NCBI GenBank assembly: GCA_905178155.1
Contig: CAJINV010000002.1
Coordinates: forward strand, 12,595,621 to 12,659,620
Reading direction: 5' to 3'
Length of the DNA: 64,000 nucleotides
From: Amoebophrya sp. A120
Lineage: Eukaryota > Protista > Dinoflagellata
This document shows, in pieces, positions 1 to 13,184 of the stretch (positions are counted from its first letter, which is position 1; every line of letters starts with the position of its first letter). The notes under the pieces were generated by a model. That model did no database searches. It was given only the letters and a program-made list of their open reading frames with translations, and had not been told where the DNA came from. Position numbers and translations under genes: made by a program.

Positions 1-621
1 ACTAATTCGAATGGTTCTTATCTGAAATAACGATCTTGGATCTTGCTCCTGTGCAGATCCCACCAAACAAAAGATAAAACGCTAAATTTTCGAAAAGCAT
101 ATCGACGGCGGTTTTTCGCAACGTTCATGTTTGGGCTCGTTTCATGTCTCGGAGAGCAAGTAAATTCCGGTCGACTTTAATTTTTCAAAATTGAAAATTC
201 AAATTCTAAATCTAAACGTAAAAAAATACTCCCAGTATTATTGGTACGCTTCGATAATTGCAATCTTTACGATAACCCACAGCGTCAGCTCTTCACGAAC
301 GATATGTACGAAAACAAATAAGCAGGAGTCTACCCCTCTTCCGATCTGCCATTTTCTTCTGCCCAGTCCAGAATTCATCCCCAGCAGTGACTACGAAACG
401 AGAAATCCAGGGGGCCTTCTTCTACGTAACCGCATCAGAACAACTCATACACAGCGAAATGTTTTCAAACGACGGACCGCGACTCGTCCAGCAGAAGCAG
501 TTAAACTTAAGTAATGCCTTTCGCATATAAATCGCGAGCAAGTGCGGTAGTGGCATCTTTTTCGTGCCATTGCTCGTCGCCGGGCTGGCGATCTACTTGA
601 ACGGCTCGTCAACAGCATCTG

Positions 622-3600
622 TCAATCCCAAGAGTCAAAGGAGAAAAACTCTAGTTCTTCGATCACGAACTCTTCCTGCGTCGACAGTGTCGTGGAATTG
701 AAAGTTGCGCAGTTCGGCGAGCTCGTGCCCCGCAAAAAGTCGGACTCGATCACAATGGCCGCTCGTCCCCCGCCACCCACCGCAAGCATGGTCTCGTCAG
801 AGTACTGGATGGAGGAGTTCGCCGCACTCCAGGGATACACGCGGAGAAACTTTTGCCCATTTTCCGCTCCCTTCTCCGCACTCGTCCGTACGGCGAACAC
901 GAAGCTTTCTCCGCTGCCGTAGTAGGTTCCCTTGCACTCCCAGCTTTGCGCCAGAAACGCGCCGAACCGCGCCCCAAACTGGTCCTTGACGAACAACACC
1001 GACGGGCCCTTGTCGTGCAAATTCCTGTGAAACGTCTGCAGCGACACGCCGTGCCTCGACGGGGAATAGGCCAACTGCCAGTTGCTGAAACGGACAGAGA
1101 GTGGCAGGAAAGCAACTAGTTCAGCGAACAAATCCTGGTCTTCGAGCGTCGCCGCCTCCCAGATCCGGCTGTTGGTCGGCGGCTTGGGCAGCGCGAGGAG
1201 ACTTTCTTCCTCCGTGTTCGAAGAGCCAGAGGAGGTCTGGAGACCGGTTGGCTGCGCGGCTGCACTCGTGGCGGTCGGAGCTTGACTCCCAACTGGCCGT
1301 CGATTTGCAGGGTTGATGGAACCCGTGCTGACGTTGTTGTGCTCAAATGCTTGCAGTTTCTCTGTCCCCGCGGTTTTGTCACTCCACAAGTTGTCATCTT
1401 CCTGCACCAATTTCCGCCGGTAGCTTCCCCCGATCCGTCCCTGCTCCTGCTGCTGCGCAAATGGAACTGCTGCAGCCGGATTCGTCGACGTGGCCCTGAC
1501 ATTCTTGTCGGCAACGCCAGAAGCCGCTGCCGCTAGTACGCCACCGCCACTTGTGTCCACCGTTGATCCAGGCTGTAGTACCTCCTCCTCTGCACTTCTA
1601 CCACCCGCACTACTAAATCGGTCTTCGCCGCCGCGGCGTCTCCGGTCCTGCGTTCCGCTACCACCGCTTCTGGCCGATGAGGACGCCGATCCGGAAGAGC
1701 CGGAATAAGACGACGACTGCTGCCCTCCTAACTTCACTGCGTGCTCGTCCGACGGCCCGAAAAAAGTTTCCCAGACCGATGAGATGAGCGATGGCGGCTC
1801 CGGCGGCAAGTAGTGTTCACGCAGTTCTTGCCCGCGTTGGTCGTAGTTTCTCGCCCTGTTTTGTTCCCGTCGTGGGGCTCTGGATGACGAGGAGCTCGCT
1901 GCATCCTTATGGATTGTAAAAATGTCTGGGTCTGGAAACTTGTGATGCTGGGTGGCGTCTCATGATGAGGCTACAAATGCTGGCTCAGCATGACAAGTTT
2001 CTGAGCACCTAGGTCTTGCCTATTCTGCATGACCAACTGCGCTCCTGCATCACAGAAAAACGGAGCTCTTGGGTATCGTGCATGACAGATTTAAGAGTCA
2101 TGCCAGACAAGCAAGACAAACGTGCTTTTTTTCCAGACCCAGACATTTTTACATTTGATAATCCTGTTCCTTCGACGACGTCCTGGAGGAAGCGCTCACC
2201 GGACCGCCAAAGAGCAGTCGCTTGCTCCGCTTCTTCTCTTTGTAGAGCTCGTTGACAGGAGGTTGTACTTGTGGCTCGACCGGCCTCGTCGCTCCGGTTC
2301 CGCGAGCACCGGTTTCCTGGAATTCCAGCTGCGCCAAGGGGGCACGAGAAGAACTCGAGCTAGTGTGCAGCTGCTCCTTGGCCCGTGGCGGGGCACCGTA
2401 GGTGTAGGTAGCAGAGGACGCTGCTTGCTTCTTGTCACTCCTGGCTCGCACGACCTTCCCCAGCCCCGCGCCGACAGACTTCGACAGAATCGACCCGAAA
2501 ACGCCCTGCTTTTGGCGGCTCTCCTCCGCTTTGCGCAGCCACTCGTCGCGCTCCGCCTGATCCTGATTCGCGGTTACCAAATCTTCAAGCGAATCGACGG
2601 AGCCGAAAGCCACGGTCGTCAGGGTCTTCTGCGGCTTCTGCCAGTCAAGCATGTTCTGATAGGTGTCGAGGAGGTCCAGACAGAAGCGGGTCAAATCATA
2701 CAACGTGTCGCGGGTGTCAACTTGAAACACCACAGATTTATGTGGGTCGCCGGTCAGCTCGCGACTCAAATTGCGCTGCTTCAACAGCACACTCTCATCG
2801 GCGCTGTTGTCCCGGGAAACTGGCGGTGGACTCGTGTTCGGTAATTCAAGCGGCGCGGTGGAGAGTAGGTTTTTGGGCTGTTCTTGGGAGTTTCGACCTT
2901 TGGTCTTGTCCTTGCCTCCTTTCTTGTTCTCACTATCCGAGCCCGAAGTAGAGCTTTCCGTGCTGGACCTCGTTGACTGGCGGATGAAATTCTCCAATCT
3001 CACGACCTGTTGCGGAAGCTGCTCCTCCTGTAGTTCCTTCGGAGTGCTAGAGCCGGTCGTCGTCGTGGCGGTTTTATTCATCAAGTTGCCTCTGCTACTG
3101 GCTCCGGAGTTGAAGTCCGTCTGTGTGATCGGCGAAGAGGGAAACAGCTGCTTTGAAGGCTGAGAATTATGCTGATAAAAACCACTTGTCACACTAACCG
3201 CAGCACCACCAAGTGACGTCGAGCTCGCGGCGCCTTTGCTGTGGCCGGAGGCCGACCGACTCAGCAAGGGGGAACCGGAAACGTTTCGCACCTCGCGCCG
3301 GCCGTCGAAGGTGCGCAGGTGCAGCTGCAGGTAGAACAGGTACTCGTTGCTGTTCACTCCTTCCTTTGGTAAACTGATGCTGCCGCACTGCAAAACATCG
3401 GAGAAGTCGATAAAAATTTGGAATTTCCCGATCCCCTGCGTCCGCACTAGTTCGAACCTCGGGTCTGGTTCGAAAGTGATGCAGCTGCCAGACACGGTCA
3501 AGCACCCCGGTATCGGCTCCAGTTCCTTCGGAATGAAAAGCGCAGAGCGTTTCAAGTAGCTCGTGACCACGTGGTCCTCGGCTGGTGGGGGGTCGGCCAA

Positions 3601-3843
3601 AGGCTTAGACATTTTGATCTTCTGCACAGTGCTTTCAGTAACAGACGCAGAAGAAAGCGCACCACTTCCAGCCGGATTCCCAAGATGCGTTTGCGAGGGT
3701 AACTGCTGCCGGTCCTGCCAGTACGAATAGAACGCCCAGGACTTCGCCCCAATGTGCGGATGCGGCAGGTGTCTCGACGAAGCTAGCTCCAGGTCCTGGC
3801 CCGTCGGTGGTACTGGTATGGGTTTCTTATTTCTGCCGCTCAT
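622..3843 (-). CDS. OXR1/NCOA7-like TLDc-domain protein (~987 aa; 2 exons split by the element at 1908-2160)
   Basis: C-terminal TLDc motifs (WQLAYSPSRHGVSLQTF, FGAF, YYGSGESFVF, LAVGGG, CATFNSTTL). The N-terminal block GCLTVSGSCITFEPD resembles the OXR1 GRAM-like region. ORFs 2149-3843 and 622-1809 join in frame (SSKEQD/AASSSSR...LPPEP) after removing 258 nt. Confidence 0.85.
1908..2160. mobile_element. Non-autonomous TIR introner-like element, family A (253 bp)
   Basis: TIRs TATGGATTGTAAAAATGTCTGGGTCTGGAA / TTCCAGACCCAGACATTTTTACATTTGATA; TSD ATCCT at 1903-1907 and 2161-2165. Confidence 0.92.
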
Positions 3844-4835
3844 GCACTAAGCGGGAATGTAGCGCGAAAACTCTTTCAGAGGAGGGTGGTAGACGAGACT
3901 CGAAAAAATTCGTTAAAAGCGACAAAGAAGCCCAGAACGTCAACCGTGCCCCTGTCGTTTCCCAATTCACATGGTGTCGACGCGGCACAGTTCATTCTTC
4001 GCCATCTTGTTGGGAACTCTGCGGTGATAGATCGAGCAACAAGAGATCTTTTTCGCATGCTCCATAGAGAGCATGACGCAACTATACATTGATTTGTTCA
4101 CGTGCGACGTACCAGTAAAAAAGCGATCGGACAGAGATCCATTTGCGTTTTCCTTTTCGGAGAGCAGGAGGTGACCGAGAACATAACGTGAAGATGTCTA
4201 CCTCGACATCGACATCGAAGCACGTATTTGATTTTTTTTGTTCATCTTGCAAAAGCAATTCAGCAGTCGCCAAAAAATTATACAGTCTGTCCTGAAGGGT
4301 TCCAACGTTCTGATATTTGATTTTTGTTGAAAGGATGCAATGCAAATGCTTACCCGAAGCCTTGCCGCAGATAAAACAAAAACGCAAACCACTATTGGTA
4401 TTGACACAATCCTAGAATACAAATCGACGCGGTCCCGTCTGGCGGCCACACGATAGAACTATTAGTAACATGCATCAGAGAAGGGTTTTACTACTCCACG
4501 CAAAAAAGAAAAGTTCAAGCCAGAATCTGAATCTTCCGGTCCCGACTCCCTTGTACTTACTTCAGGAGCGTCGCTGCCACGAGCAGCGGTCGCCGCCAAT
4601 GAATGAAACAAAAAATCCTACAACTTTTGGTACAAATGACGGAAGGTGACAAACAAAGCCTGCTAAAGTGTGTCCCACACTACAAAAAAAATATCGAAAC
4701 AGTTTCATATTTTGAGGTTATTTTCTACACTGTACATTTCGAGGCGCGACCCTTTGTTTTTATGACAAAAAGCAATAAATCCGAAAGTGATTTTTGTTCA
4801 AAAAAATCTACAACCAGAACCACATTCCAAATTTT

Positions 4836-6533
4836 TTACAATCCTTTGTTACAAAAGATTTTTTCCACCGGTTGCCCGTTTTTGAGTTTCAAGTTGTGAA
4901 ACTCCGGCTCCAAAGATTTCGGGTCCAGCTCCAAAGTTTGCTGACTCAACGCGAGGGTGAACGGCAAGGAGTAGTACATCGCAGCACCGACCACCGCGAT
5001 CTCCGTGGCGATCATCATGGGGCCAGCCGGGATGAAGGGACGCAAACCTGCGAGCACCACTGGCGGAACCGCGAGAAACGGCAGCGGGGTAATCCACCCG
5101 CGGTTCACCAAGGTCTGCCACACGCCCTCCCACCCCGCTTTTGCCGAAATCCCGAGCCGCCGGCCGTCCTGGTCAAAAACCGGGACACCTGTCTGCCACT
5201 CCTCCATCCGCGTCGAGATCATATTCGCAGCGTTAGCCGCACACACGGCAAGGTATGGCGTTAAGAGCCCGAGACGCTGGAGAAGGACGACGCTGTGTTG
5301 AATGTTTGCGATGAAAATCAGGCAGCTATTGTAAGCGTTCTAGTCACACCATACTTCGCTGGCTTTTCCTTTTCCACAAGGATACGAGCGCAGAAAAAAA
5401 AGAAAACGCAACTGAAAAAACACCTTTTTATACTCAGTACCTCTTGGATAATCTGTTTAACCCGACCGCGATTCCGACGGCCGAAGAGCACGCAAGCACG
5501 TAGCTGAAGAGAAGCTTGTTATCGTCGATCGCCGCGCCGGAGCGGTTGACGTAGTTGCACGCGACGTTGATCGTCTGATTCAACCACTGCCAAAAAACCG
5601 TTTGTCCCAATGAGCGCTGACTGAGAATCACCATACCTGTGGTTTTCAGAGTAGATTGATTGAAGGTCATGCGTAGCAAAAGCACTGCTCAACACAGACA
5701 TTCAGAGAACAAGCTGGAAAAATTTTATATTCATCTTCATCGAAGATCGCTCTCGTCTTTGACCAGAATGAAGCAAAGGCATGTAGTATACCACTGGTGA
5801 CCGGCAAGTTTGCAGGTACGTAGGCGGACATGCGGCCGGGCAGGAACATGACTTCCCCGGTGACCGGGTGGATGGTGGCGTCGACGACCTTTTTCGCTTC
5901 CCAGAACTTCAAATTTTCCTCCTCGGAGTACTTCTTGCGCGCCGACCAGGACTTCAAAAGGTTCTGGTACGCGACCAGTTCTTCCTCGGTGCAGAGCAAC
6001 GAACTCGGGTCCGTCATGTCGCGCATCAGCTTCACGCGGCCCCAGTAGGTGCTGACGTCGTACCTGGTTTTTTTCGGATCAAACGCCGGCACGGGTTCAT
6101 CCGCGTCCATCTCGTCGAACAGTAAATAGTTTCCGACAAAAACGCCACCCAGGAGGACGGACACGCTGGCTGCTGCGGTTTTGTTACTGCCCGAAGAAGA
6201 TTTCTGCTCGTTCTGGTGCTCTGTTTTCTGGCTGGCGGCCGCGGCTTCTTTTGCGCACTGCAGTGTCGGAGCTTGTTCCACAGTCGCGGAATTATGCACT
6301 TTTTCCGCAGCGCTCCCCGTCAGAGCCGCGTACTGGCGTTGGAAGGCATCGCGCAGTCGGTGCGTTTGCTCATGTCCTCGGACGATCTGCTCGAGTTTTG
6401 AAGAAAGCAGCGCATTAGCCCGGTGCACGCGGGTCGTGATGTTTGCGCTGGTTTGCCGTAGCAAGTTAGAGGACGAGGAAGTACTTGCACTGCGGTTGTT
6501 GGCATTCAGCCTCCTCGCTGTGAGGCGCAACAT
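4836..6533 (-). CDS. SFXN: Sideroflexin (mitochondrial tricarboxylate/amino-acid carrier family), 3 exons
   Basis: RYDVSTYWGRV, IHPVTGEVMFLPGRMSAYVPAN, FWQWLNQTINVACNYVNRS and C-terminal FCNKGL motifs. GT-AG introns at 5637-5791 and 5293-5440 join the ORFs in frame. Confidence 0.9.
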
Positions 6534-6937
6534 GATTATGGGATTCAAAAAAAGTCCAATGTGTAAATTTCCCGGGGGAGCCTACAACTTTCTTACAAAA
6601 AAAAACTGGGTCTGTGCCGTTCCTTGTGGGCTGAAAACTTTCACAAGTGATCTCGTTGTGCGATGGGATTGGACGGCAAAAACGAGCAATTTCATCGATC
6701 AATTCTACGGGATGAACGAAAGCGGAACGTACGAAGCTCTTTCATCTTTTCCGGAAGTTCACCTTCTTTCTTTCTTTCACACAAACAAAAAACGAAACCG
6801 ACGGAGGATGTTGTCTTTTTCGTACGTTTGGTTTCACAAATGTAAAAATTTGTGGAAGGACGCCTTCCAGGTACACAAAGGTAGAAGTGCCAGAGTACGA
6901 AGAGAAAAAATGAATTGCGTGTGCGCTTCTTAAGGTG

Positions 6938-6993
6938 AGCGGGAAGAGAAAAAATGAAACTCGTCAGCGGGAAGAGAAAAAATGAAACTCGTC
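6938..6993. repeat. Perfect 28-bp tandem duplication
   Basis: AGCGGGAAGAGAAAAAATGAAACTCGTC twice, at 6938-6965 and 6966-6993. Confidence 0.9.
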
Positions 6994-7394
6994 GACAAAA
7001 TAGGAACGCAAGCCGTTCTGTGTCTCGGAATCGGGCTCGGCATACGACCTCACCTGTTCTTCTTACAAACAGTGTTCAAGAGCGTGGAGATCATTTCCAA
7101 AGCTTTTCTATCAAAGGATGACGAACCCCTGCTCAAAACTGTTAGATTAGTCGTCTCGTTTCGCTTGTGTCAATCTGCGCGATCACAGCGACAGCGGACG
7201 TAGATCATAAGCACCATCGATTATATGCTTGTCTGTAACATTTTTGTTTCTCGGACTCGGTGTGCTCGGCGGATGAATCAATTATCAGGTCAGATTCAGT
7301 CATTAGCGCCGGAGGGCAGTAGTAATTGCAATCTTTGAAAGGCGGTATTGTGAATGCGTTTTTCGGACGAGGAAGATTGCCACTGTGAAGCACC

Positions 7395-7543
7395 TATGAA
7401 CTGCAAAAGTATCGTACTCGTATAAATGCATTACAAATTTTCTCAGCATGAGAAATAAAATTTGTAATGCTGATTTGCCTTAAAAGAAAGATTTGTAATG
7501 CAAGACTTGCATTTATACGAATACAATGCTTTTGCACAGGATA
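7395..7543. mobile_element. Short TIR introner-like element, family F (149 bp), in 3' UTR
   Basis: Imperfect ~36-bp TIRs TATGAACTGCAAAAGTATCGTACTCGTATAAATGCA / TGCATTTATACGAATACAATGCTTTTGCACAGGATA; TSD GCACC at 7390-7394 and 7544-7548. Confidence 0.85.
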
Positions 7544-7548
7544 GCACC

Positions 7549-8318
7549 CTACAACCACCCGCGCTCGTAGTTTGTCCATTCCGGTGGAAAGTTTCTATCA
7601 AATGCAAAAGTGTCTGGGTCTGGAAGAATGCAACTTGTCATGCCAAATCTGAAGCATGCAAAAATCTGTGTTGCATGATTGCCAAAAGTCTCCCAGTTTT
7701 GACCAAGTCGGGAGGCAGTTTCTCATGCAGGATAGGCATGAGAAAGATCGTACAGAATCTGTCATGCTAGGTCCTGCATTCCAGACCTCATCGGTCATGC
7801 AAAAGCTGCATGATATGATAAGTCTCGAATTCTTCCAGACCCAGACATTTTTACATTTGATAGTTTCCTGGGTGGTGCCATTTCAAACACCAAAATCCAT
7901 AGTACAAGCTCGTAATCCAGAGACCCAGTAGGCCCCAACCTAGCGCGGAATCCGGTTCTGTGATTTGGTTTTCGTGATTTCGTACGTTAAGACTCGTTGC
8001 TGTGACTTTACAAATAAAAAACTTTCCTCGCATTTCGCTTCTTCTTCTGTCCCTGAACCAAAGAAGTCTGAAACCGACAAACATGACAAGAACCTAGTAC
8101 TTGAAACCATGCTTACTGATCATCCTCTGCCCGTTGCCAAATGAGGGGTGGTTCAAGCCCGAAGCGTCCAGATTTGCCACTTTGAAGTTGGTTACCTTCA
8201 TTGCGTTGTTCTTTGGAATCGTTGCGGGCACCACACCCCACGAGAAAGCCCGAAACTGGTGCTGCTGCTGAACACCCACAGCCCGCCCGAATCCACGTCG
8301 GGCGGCTAGGGATAACAT
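7549..8318 (-). CDS. Small (~115 aa) predicted mitochondrial single-pass membrane protein, 3 exons
   Basis: Presequence-like start MLSLAARRGFGRAVG; GT-AG intron 7958-8107; hydrophobic segment ALGWGLLGLWITSLYYGFWCL. Removing element 7596-7862 plus one TSD gives ...HHPGNFPPEWTNYERGWL*. Confidence 0.7.
7596..7862. mobile_element. TIR introner-like element, family A (267 bp)
   Basis: TATCAAATGCAAAAGTGTCTGGGTCTGGAA ... TTCCAGACCCAGACATTTTTACATTTGATA; TSD GTTTC; closely similar to 30120-30383. Confidence 0.92.
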
Positions 8319-8819
8319 TTTCTTGCTGTTTCTATCCGCTCCGTCCTCTCACCATCAAACAACTTTTTTTTTTAAAGGCAAGCGACCACGCGAGGACAGA
8401 AACACAACAATGCAGAAAACAACAAGGGCGGATACCGTGTGTCGCACGTTCTATCTTGCGCACTCTCCTTTGTAAGATGTACAAGCAATGATCTCGTCGT
8501 GCTCACTTCTCGCAACGCTCAAATTGCAGGCCCTCGTTCTCAGAGGTCCGTCTTAGCAGGAACATCCTCGAAGATTCGCCACGACCACGTAGCACAAACA
8601 TTCATTGTGCCTGTGCCAGTTCGGCTCATCCTGCTTTCATGAATTCGTTCTTTTCCAGGCGCTGTTATCTCAGCAACGCGCTTCCGCGCTGTGTAGTGTA
8701 CGAGTCGTTGTATTAAACGAGTTCAACTATAATTGAACGCGTTCGGATGCATGCAGGCCTCCCTCCCTCTTTATCAATCTTGGATTTTTTCCAAATTCCG
8801 GTTTTCCGACGCGACGTGC

Positions 8820-11800
8820 TCAGACTGGGCTGTTCCTCTGGGACGACGAAAGCACGGGTGAATTCCCAGGCGACTTAACAATCGTGGTACTGCGTTTCAT
8901 CTCGATTTCCCGCAGTCGCTTCGCGTGCTCCCGGTGCTCGTCGCGGATGGCGTTCTTGTAGAACGCCGTGGTCTCCAAAGCAGACACTGCGACCGGGTGT
9001 CGCAGCACCACACGGCAGCCGAGACATCCCGCACCCGTCGGCATCTCCTCCTCGGGTTCGTCGTAGTCTGAGATCTTTTTTGTCATATCCGCAATGATCT
9101 CCCGGACCAGTTTATTCGTTGATTTCCGCGCAGCGACGTGACTGTGCGCGTGCCGCAGGTTCTTTAAACTGTTGTCCAGGTACTCCGTGAGGTACTTGTT
9201 CTCCTGCTCGTAGTTTAGTTGCTGCTCGAAGATCTTCTTACTTGCTTCTTTCTGGCCATTTTCTGCAGTTTCAGGGCCTTCCTGCTGGTCATGGAGATTT
9301 TCCGCATCATCTTCTGCCACGACGTCCTCGTCCAAGATATTAAGACCGTGCTGCTCTTCCGCTTTCGGGGTGGCCTCCTGGACAATCAGGTCGCGGAAGA
9401 AACACCCGTGCACCGACACGTAGTCGGCTGCCTTCACCTTGCTGGCCAGGTAGTTCTGCGCGAGCGAAAACACCAAGTTCGGCAGAGTGTCGACACAGCA
9501 ACAGTAGATGAAGCGGACGGGGTCGAATAAATGGACGAGGATCTCGGCGGACAGAGTGACAACCATCATATATCCTGAGTAAAAACGTACCCACGCCAGA
9601 GTTGTAATGCAGATTTGCAAAGACAGGAAGACTTGTAACGCGCATCCGCATGAGAGCCATTTCTAATCGTGTTTTGGGATTTGTGATGCTGTGAACAGGA
9701 TGAGCAGATGAATCTGTGATGCGGCTGCACTTGCTAACCTGCACTACACTGCAGAGTGCAACTTGTCACGCGTGACTCACAAAACTCCTAGGTTTGTGTT
9801 GCAAAATCCCCATCCTGACTCTGGTGTGGGTACGTTTTTACTCAGGATATCATATCCAGCGTCCGCAGCCGGAACTCGAAGCTGAGCACACGCTGCGTCC
9901 TCTGCAAGAGGAAAATGGAGCGCTGCGGGCTCAATTTCTCCATGGCCTCGATCGACGCGAGCGTGCCAGATCTTGACAATTTACTCGGCGACGAAGGGGA
10001 ATTTGGCAGGGTCGCCGGCATGAAATCGTCCTCCTCCGTTTTGTCCAAGGCTGTCATGGTGGACGCAGATTTTTTCTGCGGTACATCATCCCCGGAAACG
10101 GATAAATCGCCACCAAAAATAATGTACGCGAGCTTGATCCTGTGGAAAAACTGTCGGCGGATCACGCGCTTTTTGCTGAACAAACTCTCGTACTTCCCGC
10201 GGTAGTTCTCTGCAGTCGTCGTTTCGTCCATCAGAAAAGACAAATCCGCCCGCTTCGTCCGCTCCGCCCGCCCCTGCATGATCTGCTGCACGTTCAGCTT
10301 CCAGCTGGACAAGTCGACCGCGCCGGTGAGCACGCCCGCACTGGAAACCGCACGGTAGAACACCGATTTGTCGTTTTCAAAGACTACGGTGAACAGCCGG
10401 GAGTCCGCAATCAGTCGCGTCAGCATCTTCAGCGTGTCATCGATGACGACAGCAGTGGTGGGACCGGGCTGCATCCATTGAAGCACTAGTGGGCACTGCT
10501 TCACCGGGAGCTCTGTGATGATTTGTCGTTCTGCTTCAGGTACTAACTTTATGTATGCCAAGCAAGGAAGCAACCAGTACGCCCTTGGTGTCAAAAAATC
10601 ACATCAAATAGAAAACAAACAATGCACTACCTTGAAAAGAATGTATGTCCATGAGCGGCTTGCTGATTTTTCCCTCGACTACTCCGTAGGCGGTGCTGCC
10701 GCCCATAAAGAAATCCGACGTGGACACCGGCACCGAGCCGGTGGCGCGGGTCGCACCCAAAACGCGCTTGTCCACATTGGTGTTGTAGATCGCGTAGATG
10801 CCCACCTCCGTGTCCTCATCCTCCGCTTCGTGATTGCCGAACGCTGCTCCTGGATCGAAGGTCAGTTTCTGGTTGACCCCCTGGTATTCCTGCAGTCGTG
10901 CCTTTTCCCGAATCTGCTCGTACTCCACGCACACCCGGAGCAAGAGCCGCACGTTCGCCGCACTGTCCTGCACCTGCTTTTGCGTCATCTCGCGCAGATA
11001 CTCGATGGGCGAGCCCGCGGGCCGTCCGCCTTGCTTCCACGATTCCGTCGCGCCCATGAGGCCAAACGACGACTCCAACTCTGCTTCCTTTTGCCAATGC
11101 CGGCAAACCAGGTCCTCGTACTTCCGCTGCAGCAGTTCCGCGCGCTGCTCGAACAGCTTCGTTTGTCTCCCTTCGTCGTCAATCAGCTTGTTGCGCAAGT
11201 TCGGAACCACGACCTGCAACTCGCGGTTCGGAATCTGCGGCGGCGGCTTGGTGTCGCTGCCCGTGCTGTTGCCTCCGCCGGACGAACCCGAGTCCTTCCG
11301 CTTGATCTTCTTTCCCGGTTGAATCGGACTGGTGCCCAAGCCGGTCTTCAGGTCCTGCTCCAGTTTTTCCAGATTTACCTCGTGATCTTCAGCGAAATAC
11401 TCGTAGGTCTTGAGACTCTCCACCTTCGACCCCTGTTGCTTCTCCGGCGACACGGGGGACACGCGCGTGATGTTTTTGTGGTCTCCGGCGACGGCGGCAG
11501 AGGTGGCGTTATGGGAGGAAGAGGTAGCCGCGATGGCCTGTGCGGCGGTACCGACTTTTTCCTTCAAAAACGAATCGGACAGCAGGGGCTGATCGAAGTC
11601 GAAGTCCTCCATGAGCGAGGCTGTGAGAAGCGTCAGGCCGAGAGGCCGGAACACGTCAATGTTCAGGATCGCAACGGTCTTGCCGTCTAACGGTTCCACT
11701 CCTCGAGGCAATGTCGAGGAAGTGGACGAGGATCTCCCACCAATGCCTCCCTCGCCGTCACTGGACTCACCTCCTTCGCCATTGTCCGCAGACGCGAGGA

Positions 11801-13184
11801 CCCCGACGACGCCATTGCGCACGTCTTTCCACAGTAGGCGCACGGGGTCTACGTGCACGGACTTTTTCATGTTCCCGACCGGCTTGTCCTCTTCGCCGTA
11901 GCGCGATGTTTTGCCCTCGAGTTCCTTCCGTTTCTCCTCCTCCCAATAGTCGCAGGCGTTGCGGAAAATGGTGCGCGCAACGAACTGTACTGTGTCGGCC
12001 ACGGCAAAATAGCACGTGAAAAACAGCGTGTGGTCTTTGCGCCGCTTGCACGGAATGCGGAACTTCATAGGGTAAAGGCGCATCGACACGAACGACATCT
12101 GCAGCCCGTGGTTCTCCGGCGTGCGGCCGAAGCGCAAGCATCCGGTCGTGCAGTGCGGATCCATGGCACCGTAGTGGTGCTTCAGAAGTGGCCGCGCTAC
12201 GCCGAGGGAGGGACCCCAACTGCAGAATTGGGGCATCAGCTTCTGGATGTACTCCAACGCAGACAGATCGCTGATGTCCGCATCCGAAAGATCGAGTCCC
12301 TCGATGTTCTGAATTGAAACGAAAAAATTTGGTACGTCGTCGCAAGCGCATCGATCGTCATTATTAATCATCAAAGTACACAGATACTAACCACTAGCAA
12401 GAGAAAATACATATAGATGCATTTCAACATCAATCTCTCTGTAGTGGTTTGAACTCCGGATGCTATCGTACCACGATTCGTGAACGAAAACATCAGGAAT
12501 TCTGCAGCAAAATTATGTCTATACCGTTGTCTTCATCTTGTACAGCCATGGACGGTTGGTTTTGTCGTCGGCCAGCCTTTTGGCGGCCCCGTCCTTCAAT
12601 TTGTGGAAAAAAGCGAACAAATGCGGCGGGTATGCGATGCCCTGAAAACCCTGTGGCGCCTCCAGCACCCCGAGATGCCACGTGTCAAGCCAGCCCTCCC
12701 GTTGCATGATGTCCGGCGCGAGCGCTTTCCGTGTGGGCGTAAAGATGATGGGTCGCAACACCGGTGCGGTAGTGCCTCCCGTGGTTGTACCAGTCGCGGA
12801 TGACGAGGATGTCCCAGCTGCCAATATTCCTGTCCCAGATCTCGTCGGCGATTTTGTACCGGGTGATATTGCCCTTCTTGCGGTGGAGCTCGAGGATCCG
12901 CCCTTCTGCATGTTCGGTGGCGGCACAAAGTCTAGCCCGCTCTTCACCGTAAACTTCTTGCCCTGGGTCGTGGCGAAAAATCGGCCGCACACATCGTGAT
13001 TGCCCCGTAGAAATGGTAGACTGTGCACCAACACCTGCATGTCACTTGAGCTCTCCACCCGTACCTCGCTGGCGAGCGGTTCGGCGTCGTGGCCGTACTC
13101 GACGCGGCTCTGCATGTTGGCCTGGGCCGTGTTGCCCGTACCCATCCGGTCGAGAGGGACCGGGGACGGCCGTTGCGGAGACAT
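8820..13184 (-). CDS. Uncharacterised ~1250-aa protein with coiled-coil-like segments, 4 exons
   Basis: Four consecutive minus-strand ORFs join in frame through GT-AG introns 12309-12524 and 10513-10630 and element 9571-9849. No recognisable domain. Start codon uncertain. Confidence 0.65.
9571..9849. mobile_element. TIR introner-like element, family B (279 bp)
   Basis: Near-perfect 32-bp TIR TATCCTGAGTAAAAACGTACCCAC(G/A)CCAGAGT; TSD TCATA; removal gives LDM/MVVTL in frame. Confidence 0.92.

Noticed and set aside
7415-7525. TCGTATA...TATACGA resemblance to loxP arms in the family F element
   Set aside because: A short match, absent from the other families and not at the element termini.
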